Source of the DNA: Candidatus Obscuribacterales bacterium
Lineage (GTDB): Bacteria; Cyanobacteriota; Vampirovibrionia; Obscuribacterales; Obscuribacteraceae
Assembly: GCA_965228855.1 (NCBI GenBank)
Contig: CBDDIJ010000002.1
Location: forward strand, 1,856,001-1,920,000
Length of the DNA stretch: 64,000 bases
Direction of reading: 5' to 3'
Shown piece by piece: positions 37,376 to 47,783 of the stretch. The notes beneath the pieces are model-generated. The model had not been told where the DNA came from. It did not search any database and worked only from the letters and a program-made list of their open reading frames with translations. How positions within the stretch are numbered: position 1 is the first letter of the stretch; each line of letters starts with the position of its first letter. Both the position numbers and the translations under genes were made by a program.

Positions 37376-38779
37376 TTATCGGCGAGCGCCTGTCTGCATA
37401 TTTCTCAGACGCCCACCTTCGACTATGCTCTCTCCGTCGACAAAAACAGCCTCGACTCTCGTGGGAAATCGAATGAGCGTATCAGCCGGGTCGGCGAACT
37501 GCTCGGCAAACCTTGCGGCCACTTCAGGCACGAATTCGGCAGCTTGCGGTGCGATTTTGAAAACAGCAATGTCGGCTTGTTTGCCTACTTCCAGCGATCC
37601 GATTTTGTCCGCCATGCCGATCGCTCGCGCTGAGCCCATGGTCATAGCTTCAAGCAAGTCCGGCGCGCTCAGTTTTGACTCCGGTTCTGCGGCGCGGTGG
37701 AGGTTGAGCGCGAAATTCGCCTCGGCAACCAGGTCCAAACTATCGGTCGAGGGCAGACCGTCTGTGCCGAGACCGGCATTAACACCGGCTTTCAGGTAAG
37801 ACGAAAACGGTGCGCGACCATTTCTCAATCTTGCGTTGCTGCGTGGACAGTGCGCGATTGAAACGCCTGCGGCTTTCAAGAGTTTCACATCCTCGTCATT
37901 CACGTGAATGGAATGTGCTGCTACCAGCTGGTTTGAGAGCAGCTCATGCTCCTTGAGAAACGCCACTGGCGAATGGCCTGCTTTTTTCCAATCGATAGAC
38001 TTGAGCAAAGTGCAAGTGTCACGTTCGCGAGTCGATGGCATCACCTTCATCAAGTAGGCATCGATTACCTCGCTTCCGCCTTGCAGCCAGCCGCATTCCT
38101 CCGGCGATTCCGCAAGGTGCGAAAGAAGGGGGAGTTGTCGTGTTTCGGCCCACTTCTTTGCTTCTCTAAAGAGTGGTGGGCACACCGTATATGGTGCGTG
38201 GGGAGAGCAAGTGAGAACGACTCGCCCCTCCGCTATTGCGTTTTTCAGTTCAGCAGTCCCTTCGTTCTCCAGCTTGGCAAGGCGCTCCAGCCAGTTTTTC
38301 CAGGGAAGCTCGAACGTGTTTTTGTCCAGACCGAACAATTCGAGACCGACCACGCCCTTCAAGCCTGCGTGAGAAATTGCTTCGGCGCTCTGTCCTGAGT
38401 AGGAGCTGTCGACAATCATCGTGGTACCGGCAAGAGCGTTCAAACGCGCGCCGTAAAGAGCGGATTCGAAGAAGTCTATGGGTTGCCACTTCGAAACCGA
38501 TTTCATGAGCGAGGGAATCCACTCAAAAAGAGATGCGCTGGTATCCAGTGGACCAAGAGCCGTGTAATCGAGGTGACTGTGCAGGTTTATAAGCCCTGGT
38601 GTAACGATCGCCTCGCCGTAATCCAGATGTTCCAAATCTCTATGAGCGCTAAGAATGGCATCGCGAGTGCCGACCGCCTCGATGCGCCGGTTTCTGATCA
38701 CAATTGCCCCTTGCAACACGGGCGTGCCGACCACCGGATAGATCCATTTAGAGGTAATGACTAACCCGGAATTTTTCAC
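37376..38779 (-). CDS. Metal-dependent amidohydrolase (MtaD / aminodeoxyfutalosine deaminase-like)
   Basis: PGLINLHSH, SPHAPY, HLAES, HCPRSN, GLGTDG, GSLEVGKQADI. Confidence 0.85.
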   Translation of the reverse strand: MKNSGLVITSKWIYPVVGTPVLQGAIVIRNRRIEAVGTRDAILSAHRDLEHLDYGEAIVTPGLINLHSHLDYTALGPLDTSASLFEWIPSLMKSVSKWQPIDFFESALYGARLNALAGTTMIVDSSYSGQSAEAISHAGLKGVVGLELFGLDKNTFELPWKNWLERLAKLENEGTAELKNAIAEGRVVLTCSPHAPYTVCPPLFREAKKWAETRQLPLLSHLAESPEECGWLQGGSEVIDAYLMKVMPSTRERDTCTLLKSIDWKKAGHSPVAFLKEHELLSNQLVAAHSIHVNDEDVKLLKAAGVSIAHCPRSNARLRNGRAPFSSYLKAGVNAGLGTDGLPSTDSLDLVAEANFALNLHRAAEPESKLSAPDLLEAMTMGSARAIGMADKIGSLEVGKQADIAVFKIAPQAAEFVPEVAARFAEQFADPADTLIRFPTRVEAVFVDGESIVEGGRLRNMQTGARR

Positions 38780-39018
38780 GATGTCCTCGGAGAGTTTCTA
38801 AAGTAGTATGGCAAGTTTCGAGTGCTGGAGCGCGTAGTGGAAGGTCGACGCTTTCAACATCTTGGCAGAAAGTCGCTGTCAAGCTGTGGTAGAATCAAGA
38901 ACTCCAGAATACCGTCAGCCTGGTGCGAAGCAAATGCTTCTGTCGCTCGGGCTCAGGTCTTTACATGAGATGGTTTGACTCGGTTTAAATAATACGAGTT
39001 TCATATTGGGAACGCACC

Positions 39019-39564
39019 GTGCGAATAGACATAGACGAATTAAATTCATTGCCGTCGAAGCGCACCCGCATTGATTTCAATGAGAAGCTCGAGATCGAAA
39101 ACGTCGTGAAACCGGTTGTAGGTGAAATCTACATTCAGGCTAGCGGCGGTGGCGTTCTGATAAACGGGCATGTGCAAACATTGCTCAAGCTCAATTGTCA
39201 CGTTTGTTTGCGACCGTTTTTTCAAAGTCTGAATGTAGAGATTGATGAGCAGCTCTCGGCTCGTGCGGATGAGGATGACTCACCGCGCGAAAGAGAACTA
39301 ACTCGGGATGACTTCTATGAGGTGATTCCGGCCGATGGTCTTATTGACATCAGCGATATTGTGTATCAAGCTGTTACGTTGGCGTCGCCAGTTTTTTGTC
39401 GATGCGGCGACGATTGTCCCGGTCCGCCGAAGCCCGAAAAGGCTCTAGCAGCGGGCAATTCGAGCGCCACTGGTTCGGACTCCAGAGACGACTCCCGGAT
39501 CGATCCGAGATGGGAGAACTTAAAGACTCTGTTTTCTAAACAAGAATCTGGAGAAAATTCGTAG
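39019..39564 (+). CDS. yceD: DUF177/YceD family protein
   Basis: CHVCL, C...CPG and IDPRWENLK; directly upstream of rpmF. Confidence 0.9.
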   Translation: MRIDIDELNSLPSKRTRIDFNEKLEIENVVKPVVGEIYIQASGGGVLINGHVQTLLKLNCHVCLRPFFQSLNVEIDEQLSARADEDDSPRERELTRDDFYEVIPADGLIDISDIVYQAVTLASPVFCRCGDDCPGPPKPEKALAAGNSSATGSDSRDDSRIDPRWENLKTLFSKQESGENS

Positions 39565-39600
39565 ATAATAAGCAGTTCCAAGATATTAGGAATTTTTCTC

Positions 39601-39786
39601 ATGGCTCAACCAAAGAAAAAGACATCACATCAGAAGCAGCACCAGCGCCGCGCGCACTGGAAAGCTCTCGCTACCAATCTGACGCGCTGCCTGCAGTGCG
39701 GAGCCAAAGCAAGACCACACACAATGTGTTCGGAATGCGGTTACTACCGCGGCCGTCCTGCTTTCCGTAGCGAACAGATCGTTTAG
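39601..39786 (+). CDS. rpmF: 50S ribosomal protein L32 (zinc-binding form)
   Basis: MAQPKKKTS..RRAHW..CLQCG..PH..CSECGYY. Confidence 0.97.
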   Translation: MAQPKKKTSHQKQHQRRAHWKALATNLTRCLQCGAKARPHTMCSECGYYRGRPAFRSEQIV

Positions 39787-39856
39787 ATCGTTCACTCGGG
39801 TGTAGTCGTTTAAAACGACTGGGTTTTTGGTTTACAGGGCGGAGCGTGAGTCAAGG

Positions 39857-40897
39857 ATGATTCGGATATCCATAGACGCCATGGGTGGTGACCATGCCCC
39901 CAGAGAGGTCGTCCATGGTGCGGTACTTGCTGCGCTTGAATACAAGCTGGCGATTTTACTTGTCGGTCCTGAGGATGTACTCAGGGCTGAGTTGAACCGA
40001 CCTGTCATAAAACAGCTACTCGGCGGCAAGGACCCCGAGGCGCACAATATTTCTATCGTGCACGCGTCGGAAGTTGTCCAGATGGGCGAGAAGCCGGGCT
40101 GGTCGGTCGTCAAAAAGAAAGATTCTTCAATAGTCGTCGCGACGAAGCTCGTCCGCGAAGGCAAAGCAGACGGCATCGTTTCAGCGGGCTCCACCGGAGC
40201 GGCCGCTGTAGCTGCGCAAATATGTCTGGGTAAGCTCGAGCACATCGAACGCTGCGCTATTGCCTGCACGATGCCGACAATTCATCCGCGTCCCTGTTTC
40301 TTAATCGACGCTGGTGCGAGCGTCGCCTGGGATGCTCCTCAAATGGTGCAACTCGGTCTGATGGGAACGATTCTCGCCAAAGGTTTATATTCGATCGAAA
40401 GTCCGCGTGTCGGAATTCTGAACATTGGAACGGAAGAAACCAAGGGCACGGATGTGGTGAAGCAAGCTTACGAGCTGTTTAAGGAAAACGGCAAGATGAA
40501 CTTCATCGGTTTCGTGGAAGGTCGTGATTATCCGCTCGGCAAGGTCGATGTAGTAGTCACTGACGGTTTCACCGGAAACGTTTCTCTAAAAACCGCCGAA
40601 GGCATCGCGCGCATGATGAACTTCATGCTCCGTGAAGAACTGATGGGGTCCTTGAAAGGCCGCGTCGCCGGCGTCATCGGAAAGTCAGCTTTGAAAAACT
40701 TGAAGGCGCGAGTCGATCAGAATGAATTTGGCGGTGCGCTTCTCGTAGGCATCAAGGGTGTGTGCGTCATCGCCCATGGTGGCTCGAAACATACGGCTGT
40801 GAAGAATGCTATTCGAGTCGCCAAAGACATGGTCGGTGCAGGTATCGTAGACAAGATCGAGTCGGTATTAAAGACAACCAACGGCCACTCGAACTAA
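39857..40897 (+). CDS. plsX: Phosphate acyltransferase PlsX
   Basis: IDAMGGDHAP, SAGSTGA, LNIGTEETKG, DGFTGNV.LK..EG, AHG. Confidence 0.96.
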   Translation: MIRISIDAMGGDHAPREVVHGAVLAALEYKLAILLVGPEDVLRAELNRPVIKQLLGGKDPEAHNISIVHASEVVQMGEKPGWSVVKKKDSSIVVATKLVREGKADGIVSAGSTGAAAVAAQICLGKLEHIERCAIACTMPTIHPRPCFLIDAGASVAWDAPQMVQLGLMGTILAKGLYSIESPRVGILNIGTEETKGTDVVKQAYELFKENGKMNFIGFVEGRDYPLGKVDVVVTDGFTGNVSLKTAEGIARMMNFMLREELMGSLKGRVAGVIGKSALKNLKARVDQNEFGGALLVGIKGVCVIAHGGSKHTAVKNAIRVAKDMVGAGIVDKIESVLKTTNGHSN

Positions 40898-40907
40898 GGA
40901 GTGTGCC

Positions 40908-41975
40908 ATGAAGTTTGCTTGCGGTGCAAAGATCATAGGCGTCGGAGCCGGGCTTCCGGTTTCCATAGTTACGAATGAAGACTTGACTCGTCTGGTCGAC
41001 ACGTCCGATGAGTGGATTGAAACTCGCACAGGCATCAAAGAGCGTCGCATAGTCAACGAGACAGAGAGTGCGACCGGTTTGGCAACCGAAGCTGCCAGGG
41101 ATGCACTTGCCTACGCTGGTATCGAGGGTGATACCATCGAATTGGTCATCGTGGCGACATCGACGCCTGATAACCTGTATCCGTCCACAGCCTGTCAGGT
41201 GCAGGCTGCCATTGGAGCCTCTCGGGCTGTGGCTTTCGATATGGAAGCAGCCTGCACAGGAATTATTTATGCGCTTTCGGTTGGACAACAGTTCATCGGA
41301 AGTGGAACTTATAAGCGTGTTCTCGTCATCGGAGTCGATGTCCATTCCCGGTTTTTGAACTGGGAAGACCGAAACACTTGCATTCTGTTCGGCGACGGAG
41401 CCGGTGCGTTTGTTCTTGAAGCTACCGAGCAAAGCGACAATCAGATGCTTGGAACCTATTTGCGCGCTGATGGCAACGGCGGACACCTGCTCTGGATTCC
41501 TAACACCGGAACTCAATATCCGCATGCCGGTACTGATGGACCGCAGCCCACGACGCGTTTCTTGCAGATGAACGGAAGGGCGATTTATGAGTTTGCTGTC
41601 AATGCCGTGCCCGAAGCTGTAAGGCAAGCGACTGCCGCTGCGGGCATTACAGTTGACGACATCGATTACATGGTGCCGCACCAGGCGAATATTCGAATTA
41701 TCAAAGCTGCTGCCGACAGGCTTGGAATTAAGAAAGAGCAGGTCGTAACCAATGTGGACGAGATGGGCAATACCTCTGCTGCCTCGATTCCATTGGCTTT
41801 GTGGTCGGCAATCAGACGGGACAAAGTCAAAATTCCTTCGACGATGTGTCTGGTCGGTTTCGGCGCAGGGTTGACCTGGGGATCGGCTGTGGTGAGATGG
41901 ACTGCCGTTGACAAGCGCGGGGACGCTGCGTCAACCAGTGAGAACGCCGAAAAAGCAGAAGCGAGCATTTCTTAG
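40908..41975 (+). CDS. fabH: 3-oxoacyl-ACP synthase III
   Basis: DTSDEWIETRTGI, AACTG, FGDGAGA, PHQAN, GNTSAAS, GFGAGLTWG. Confidence 0.97.
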   Translation: MKFACGAKIIGVGAGLPVSIVTNEDLTRLVDTSDEWIETRTGIKERRIVNETESATGLATEAARDALAYAGIEGDTIELVIVATSTPDNLYPSTACQVQAAIGASRAVAFDMEAACTGIIYALSVGQQFIGSGTYKRVLVIGVDVHSRFLNWEDRNTCILFGDGAGAFVLEATEQSDNQMLGTYLRADGNGGHLLWIPNTGTQYPHAGTDGPQPTTRFLQMNGRAIYEFAVNAVPEAVRQATAAAGITVDDIDYMVPHQANIRIIKAAADRLGIKKEQVVTNVDEMGNTSAASIPLALWSAIRRDKVKIPSTMCLVGFGAGLTWGSAVVRWTAVDKRGDAASTSENAEKAEASIS

Positions 41976-42022
41976 ATTTGTAATTTAGTTTGTGATAAGT
42001 TCAATAGATAGGAGATTGATCG

Positions 42023-42991
42023 ATGGGCAAGATAGCGTTTGTTTTTCCGGGACAGGGATCGCAGTCTCAAGGAATGGGAAAAGATCTTTACGATAACTTT
42101 CCGGAAGCAAAAGAAACGTTTGAGTCGATAGATAAAATCGCAGGACGCGAACTCTCCAAACTGTGTTTCGAAGGTCCGGATACGGAGCTGAAGAAGACAG
42201 TCAACACTCAACCGACGATCATGCAGGTTTCTCTGGCTGCCTGGAAGGCTTATGAGAAACTTGGCGGTCCTGCTCCGGACTTCGTTGCCGGGCACAGTCT
42301 CGGTGAGATCACAGCACTTGTGGCGGCAGGAACGTTGTCACTCGACGATGCAGTAAGACTTATCGACAAACGCGCACGCTTGATGGAAGAAGCTCCGAAA
42401 GGCGCTATGGCTGCGGTTCTCAAAGTTGCTCCTGATGTGCTTGAGCAAGTGGTCGCTTCTGTTCGTGAAGCGCGTAAGAGTGAAGGCAAAAGTGATGATG
42501 AGGCATGCCTGGTAGTTGCGAACTTGAACACACGCGAACAACTGGTCATATCCGGCAATCCGGATGCCGTGAGCGAAGGTGGCAAGAAGGCCAAAGAAGC
42601 AGGCGGCAAGGCGATTCCATTGCCGGTTGGTGGCGCATTCCACTCACCGTTGATGACTCAAGCTGCTCGTGAGTTCGAGGCAGAGCTGAGCAAAGCGGAA
42701 CTCAAAGATGCAAAATGCGAAGTAGTTCAAAATTACGACGCCAAAGGAAGTCGTTCGGCTTCCGATATTTGCGCCAAGCTCGCGAAGCAGATGGAGAGCC
42801 CGGTTCGCTGGTATGAAACCGTTGACTACATGGTGGCAAACGGAGTTGATACTTTTGTCGAAATTGGACCTGGAGCCGTTCTCGCCGGTTTGGTCAAGAA
42901 GATCAACGCTGACGTGAAGGTGGTCAACATCAACGATACTGAGAGTTTGAAGGCTGCAATCGACAGCCTGAAGCACCCGGTCGCCAAGTAA
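42023..42991 (+). CDS. fabD: Malonyl-CoA-ACP transacylase
   Basis: FPGQGSQ, GHSLGE, AFHS, SPVRW, EIGPG. Confidence 0.97.
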   Translation: MGKIAFVFPGQGSQSQGMGKDLYDNFPEAKETFESIDKIAGRELSKLCFEGPDTELKKTVNTQPTIMQVSLAAWKAYEKLGGPAPDFVAGHSLGEITALVAAGTLSLDDAVRLIDKRARLMEEAPKGAMAAVLKVAPDVLEQVVASVREARKSEGKSDDEACLVVANLNTREQLVISGNPDAVSEGGKKAKEAGGKAIPLPVGGAFHSPLMTQAAREFEAELSKAELKDAKCEVVQNYDAKGSRSASDICAKLAKQMESPVRWYETVDYMVANGVDTFVEIGPGAVLAGLVKKINADVKVVNINDTESLKAAIDSLKHPVAK

Positions 42992-43036
42992 AATTGGTGG
43001 TCCTTTGATCGGTCGCCAGGCGACCAGGAGAAGCCC

Positions 43037-43738
43037 ATGCCTAAATCCAAACGCGAGCCGCTATCACTGACGACTCCGGCACAGTATGAAGGCAAGGAGG
43101 GACCATACTGGCTAAATCAAGCTCGAAAACTCTCCGCAAGCGGCGAGTTTGATAAAGCCGGCGCTATGTACGAATTGGCTCTGGAGTGGGCTTCTACGAA
43201 TGACCCATTTGAGCCGGACCGGGACGCCGAATTTTCAAAATCTGTTTTAAACGCGTACGTTAATTTCCTTGAAAATCACGGACTTCGAGAGGAAAGTGTA
43301 AAATTTCACAGAAGTCTTGTCGAGGAGTGGGAGCAGGCTTACTTGCTGCTTGTCGATCTGGCGAAAGCGTCCCGCGTGTACGATGAGATGGTTGCCGATC
43401 TGGGTTTTGAAGCGTTTCCGGTTCTGATCGAAAATCTGGCTTCCAGTGTGTCCGAAGAAAATCCGGAGTTGCGAAGTTCAATACTCAACCTTGCCGGATT
43501 GCACCTGGTAAGCATGTCCGGTCTGGTCGAAAAAATTGGATTGATCGCAAAGCGTCTCGACCTTAAAAACCCTCAGCATGCCATTCTTCGTAATCGAGTC
43601 GAAAAATTGATTAAGCGTGTCGAGAACAATTCGAATTCGTTCAACGAGGAAACTTTTGCCAATCACGACCAGCTTGATAGCATGCTCAGCCAGCTTGCCG
43701 AGGAGCAATTGTTTCAGTTACGGAAGCTTTTGAGATGA
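43037..43738 (+). CDS. Hypothetical alpha-helical protein
   Basis: 233-aa ORF with an AGGAG RBS 45 bp after fabD; no recognisable motif. Confidence 0.6.
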   Translation: MPKSKREPLSLTTPAQYEGKEGPYWLNQARKLSASGEFDKAGAMYELALEWASTNDPFEPDRDAEFSKSVLNAYVNFLENHGLREESVKFHRSLVEEWEQAYLLLVDLAKASRVYDEMVADLGFEAFPVLIENLASSVSEENPELRSSILNLAGLHLVSMSGLVEKIGLIAKRLDLKNPQHAILRNRVEKLIKRVENNSNSFNEETFANHDQLDSMLSQLAEEQLFQLRKLLR

Positions 43739-44044
43739 GATGTGATACTACAGGCGGTTTTGTCGGTTAAGGAGTCAAGTCTCCGCTGCCTGCTGTAAAT
43801 CTTTGTAAGCCTGTTACAGTGAGAGTTCTCGCGGTCTGAGAATTTGTTGCGTGTATGTGACGATACACTTCACTGAGAGAGCCTGGCGGTTTTCGTTACA
43901 ATCGTCCTATGGCAAGACTGGCTTCTAGATTGGCGTTTCATGTTTGAGTTGTAAACATTAATGACTTGCCAGCAAAGCAGGTTCTGCTAAGGTGGGCTTA
44001 ATCAACAGCGCAGCTCGAATATCAGCTTCGTTCGAAACGCGCTA

Positions 44045-44995
44045 ATGGAGGCGTCCATGCAAAACCTGAATTTTAAAACCGAAGATATCAACTCGAATAT
44101 AAACAACTTACCCTCACAAAAAATAGCGAAGACCAAATTAGTAATCACCGATGTAGACGGCACTATGGCTTCGTTTTGGGACTACTTCGTCCCCGCGATC
44201 CGCGATTTCATGCGCGAGATGAGCGGTCGCTCCAAAAAATCGTTGCACGAACTGGCTCAAGATATCGGGCATGTGATCGAGCGTCGTGGCACCCACGAAT
44301 ACCCCTGGTTGCTGGAAGAGACTGAGTTCGCCTGGAGTTATTACGTCGATGAGCCGGAGGAGTTTATCGAGAGTTTTGTTAAACCATTCTGGCAGGCCGT
44401 CGATGAGAACCGGGCGAAATACCTGCGGCCGTATCCTCAAGTGCTCGAGACGCTGGCAGAGCTTAAGGCGCGTGATATCAAAGTTGTCGCACTGAGCGAC
44501 GCGCCGGAATACATGGCACGGGTACGTAACAAACAAATTTTCGATGGTCTTCTAGATGCAGTTTATTCACTTGAAACAAAAGAGCCTGATGAAGGCGATA
44601 TTTATCAACCGATTGAGTTCACTCACGGCAGAGCCCGTGTCAAGCAGCTTCGCGCCGACACCGCCGATCTCACGACACCGTTGCATATCCTGCCTCAGTC
44701 ATACGAAAAGCCGTGCACTCATGGAATCGATAGAGTACTTGCAGACTTCGACGTCTATCCGGCTGAGGTAGTATTCATAGGCGACAGCCTCAACAAAGAT
44801 GGGTTGGTTGCTGCGTCTCGCGGGATGCGTTTTGTCTGGGCGCACTATGGGATATCTTTGCCGGCTGAATATGAAGAGCTGGTTAATCATTCGTTGAAAC
44901 CCGTTGGCATTACTCCTATCCAACAGCGAAGAATGCCTCAGCACCTGATCTCGGCGGTAGCGGCGCGCTACGACGAATTGCTCAACATCGTTTAA
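44045..44995 (+). CDS. HAD-superfamily hydrolase
   Basis: Motif I TDVDGT, motif II LSD, KP, motif IV IGDSLNKD. Confidence 0.85.
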   Translation: MEASMQNLNFKTEDINSNINNLPSQKIAKTKLVITDVDGTMASFWDYFVPAIRDFMREMSGRSKKSLHELAQDIGHVIERRGTHEYPWLLEETEFAWSYYVDEPEEFIESFVKPFWQAVDENRAKYLRPYPQVLETLAELKARDIKVVALSDAPEYMARVRNKQIFDGLLDAVYSLETKEPDEGDIYQPIEFTHGRARVKQLRADTADLTTPLHILPQSYEKPCTHGIDRVLADFDVYPAEVVFIGDSLNKDGLVAASRGMRFVWAHYGISLPAEYEELVNHSLKPVGITPIQQRRMPQHLISAVAARYDELLNIV

Positions 44996-45069
44996 TTCAC
45001 TTAAAAGTCGATCGTGCGGCAGTTTATGTCAAAATTATGCGATGTAGTCCGCCGCACGGTTTCTAGACG

Positions 45070-46452
45070 ATGTCTGAAAATCATGAGCTGATAATTCCCA
45101 GAGCCGCTTTTCCCGCCCATCGGGACGAAATGCAAGCGGGGCATCGAGCGCGTGCCTTCCGTCGTCTTGGATTGGATGCGGCTGAGACGCCTTCGGCGGC
45201 GAGCCTGCGTTGCATGATACCGTCAGCAGTGGCTGCTGCATTTCTTTTGATCTCGTCTGCAATGTCAGATGGTGGAGCCGCTCATGCCGTTTTTGGCATG
45301 TTCAACAAAAAGAATTCCCCTGGAAAAACTCAACCGAAAGCGGAGATACATTCGCAGTTGCCGGGCAAGGCTCAAAGTGATGACGACTTGCTTCCGCCCC
45401 CGACGGAGCCGCAAGTCGAACCTCATTCTGCAGTTGGCGAGTCCAGTTTGCCGGAACTAAGTCGAGATGAAGTAAATACATCGCCTGACGTAGACACATC
45501 TCCGGAAATTGATTCTGAACCAGCGATTTTGCAACCGCGAGTGTTGCCCCATGCTGCTTTGGATGCTTTGTTTGACTCGAAAACTGATCCGGAGCCCAAG
45601 ATTGACGCGCCTCAAGTTTTGCCGCATGCGGAGTTGGATACCGTGCCGCAGGCTTTAGAGCCGAAGATAATTCCGCACGTCGAAATCGATTCCGAATCGG
45701 CTCCTGCTCCTATCCTCCAGCCGAAGACTGTTCTTCATAAGGAGCTGGACGTTTCCGGCACTTTTGACGAATCGAAGCGTGATTTCCGGTTGGAAGGCGA
45801 GCCGCTTAGTGCCGCCCAGTTGGTTAAGCTGGGAGGCGCGGCGACTCCACCAGCTCTTTCCGCTCGACTTTGGAAGTGGTTGAGCGACATCGAATTGCGC
45901 CCTGCGTCTCGAAGCGCAGCAACAAAGAAAATCCGTGCCGGTATTATCGCTCGCGCAAAGAAGCACAAGTTAATCTCGCTGGATGAGATGATTGATTTCT
46001 ACAACTCCGCGAGAATGGATGGTGACCCGCGATTGGCCGGAGTTTGTTTGGAAATTATTCTGCAACTTCAGGACCCTAATACGGTCGTCAACCTTCCCAA
46101 TTTTGGGCTGCCCCGTCCGAGTCTTGTTGAAGAACAGTTCTATCAATTCGATCGGCACTTTGCGAAGGATGAGTTCAAAGAGGCAATAGACGCATTCATT
46201 CGCGCATGCGACGCGGCGTACGGAAACCCGCTCGTAATGCCGATTATGGGCAAGTTGACCTGGAAGGAGCGCCTGGACAAAATCAACGACAACGTCGAGC
46301 CCGAACTTGCAGCACCGGCTTCGGCGGCTTATGCAAAACTGACTGCGCGCATGTCTGACTTGTCGAAACTGGCGGAATTTCGTCCGCGGTACTCGTTTGA
46401 CATCGAGGATGATTTCGCTAAGCCAATGGCAAAAAACAGATGGGAATTCTAG
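45070..46452 (+). CDS. Hypothetical exported protein with Pro-rich repeats (true start probably near 45215)
   Basis: Signal-like AVAAAFLLISSAM..AAHA; four repeats resembling PxxxPHxxLD. Confidence 0.55.
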   Translation: MSENHELIIPRAAFPAHRDEMQAGHRARAFRRLGLDAAETPSAASLRCMIPSAVAAAFLLISSAMSDGGAAHAVFGMFNKKNSPGKTQPKAEIHSQLPGKAQSDDDLLPPPTEPQVEPHSAVGESSLPELSRDEVNTSPDVDTSPEIDSEPAILQPRVLPHAALDALFDSKTDPEPKIDAPQVLPHAELDTVPQALEPKIIPHVEIDSESAPAPILQPKTVLHKELDVSGTFDESKRDFRLEGEPLSAAQLVKLGGAATPPALSARLWKWLSDIELRPASRSAATKKIRAGIIARAKKHKLISLDEMIDFYNSARMDGDPRLAGVCLEIILQLQDPNTVVNLPNFGLPRPSLVEEQFYQFDRHFAKDEFKEAIDAFIRACDAAYGNPLVMPIMGKLTWKERLDKINDNVEPELAAPASAAYAKLTARMSDLSKLAEFRPRYSFDIEDDFAKPMAKNRWEF

Positions 46453-46464
46453 ATCGATCTCGAT

Positions 46465-47643
46465 CTAGTTTTTTACCGCTTCATTCACTACTTTGCGAAT
46501 TTTACAATTGCGTTTCTCAAGCTCAGCGAAGTATTGATCTGTATCAACCGCCACTTCCGGAGCCAACACTCCATGTTTTTTGATACGTCCGTCGACGATC
46601 ATCTGTGCCACTATGGAAGGTGGCACACCCGTGTTTAAATCTCCTGCCCCGATCTGGCGCTCGGAATCTGATGTTGCTGTTTCAAACATAATGATATGAA
46701 CAGCTTCGTTTCCTTTCTTCCCTTTGACGTCGACGCGCAGAATTTCAACATCGTTGACTGCGGGCTTGGTGTAAGGGATTTGAGCGATCATGTGCGCAAG
46801 CATCTTGCGCGGGTGAAATTTGCCTTCCGCTGTTTCAATCGGCTCCGGCTTGCCGAAGCCCAGTTTCACGAATAGTTCGAGCTTCTCGTGTAATTCCTTG
46901 GGGAGAGCCAGGCGGAAGTAGACGTTTTTAATTCCCCTGTCCCTGTAAGTCATCGGAAGGGTTGCGACTTCCGAGTGCAAGGTATAGATTGCCGGCTGCG
47001 TTCCAACCGGGTCTCCGAATTCGATATTCTTTTGCATAGCCAGCGGGTTGCGTCCTTCGGCTACACCATTTTCAAAAACCATTGCGTCTTTGGTGTACTC
47101 ATCGAATAGAGTATCCAGCATGTAAGGTGGGTAGAACGGGTGATCTGATGCTTCTGCGAAGTCGATGGAACCACACGCTATATCTATTAGTTCGACCTCG
47201 TCGAGGTCTTTTGCAGCCGCCGCTGCAAGCAGATTGGTGGTACCGGGGGCGGCGCCACTTCCGAGTACCGCCACGAGATCGGCTTTCGCGAATTCGTCGT
47301 GCAACTCAAGTTGCTTCATGGTTGTGTGATACAGTCCGCCCAGGTCTGTGTAAGAGCAGCCCGCTTTGAGCGCGGCTTTCATCACATCGACGTTGAAATA
47401 ATAAGGTGTCGAGTTTACGACGCACTGCCCTTTCTTGAGCAAGGCGACAAGTGCCTCTTCGTTTTTAATATCGATTTTTTCGGCTTCGACATTGGGTCTT
47501 TTGACAAGTTCCGCTATTCGCTCATTACCTTCGATATTGAAATCGCCGATGATAATCTTAGTGTCTTTCGCGGTATCAGCCAGATCCTGGACGATGATTT
47601 GCCCCATCGCGCCAGCTCCGCCAAGAACAATTATCGTGTGCAC
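46465..47643 (-). CDS. Saccharopine dehydrogenase family oxidoreductase
   Basis: Rossmann LGGAGAMG, YTDLGG, GSGAAPGTTN, HSEVATLP, GVLAPE. Confidence 0.88.
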   Translation of the reverse strand: MHTIIVLGGAGAMGQIIVQDLADTAKDTKIIIGDFNIEGNERIAELVKRPNVEAEKIDIKNEEALVALLKKGQCVVNSTPYYFNVDVMKAALKAGCSYTDLGGLYHTTMKQLELHDEFAKADLVAVLGSGAAPGTTNLLAAAAAKDLDEVELIDIACGSIDFAEASDHPFYPPYMLDTLFDEYTKDAMVFENGVAEGRNPLAMQKNIEFGDPVGTQPAIYTLHSEVATLPMTYRDRGIKNVYFRLALPKELHEKLELFVKLGFGKPEPIETAEGKFHPRKMLAHMIAQIPYTKPAVNDVEILRVDVKGKKGNEAVHIIMFETATSDSERQIGAGDLNTGVPPSIVAQMIVDGRIKKHGVLAPEVAVDTDQYFAELEKRNCKIRKVVNEAVKN

Positions 47644-47783
47644 AACCTTATGCCCCGTCTTTTTTCGCTATGTAAATGCGAGTACCTTGAAAGCGCTCGC
47701 GGTGCCCTCATTGTAATCTATAAGTTGGATATCCGTTGCGCATTTAGCTCGAGCTCGACTCGAGCTGGGCTTGACATCGATGT

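Noticed and set aside
40809..41681. 290-aa antisense ORF over fabH, and similar shadow ORFs such as 3900-4586, 47299-48075 and 62580-63152
   Set aside because: They lie opposite well-supported genes, have no motifs, and are expected from codon bias.
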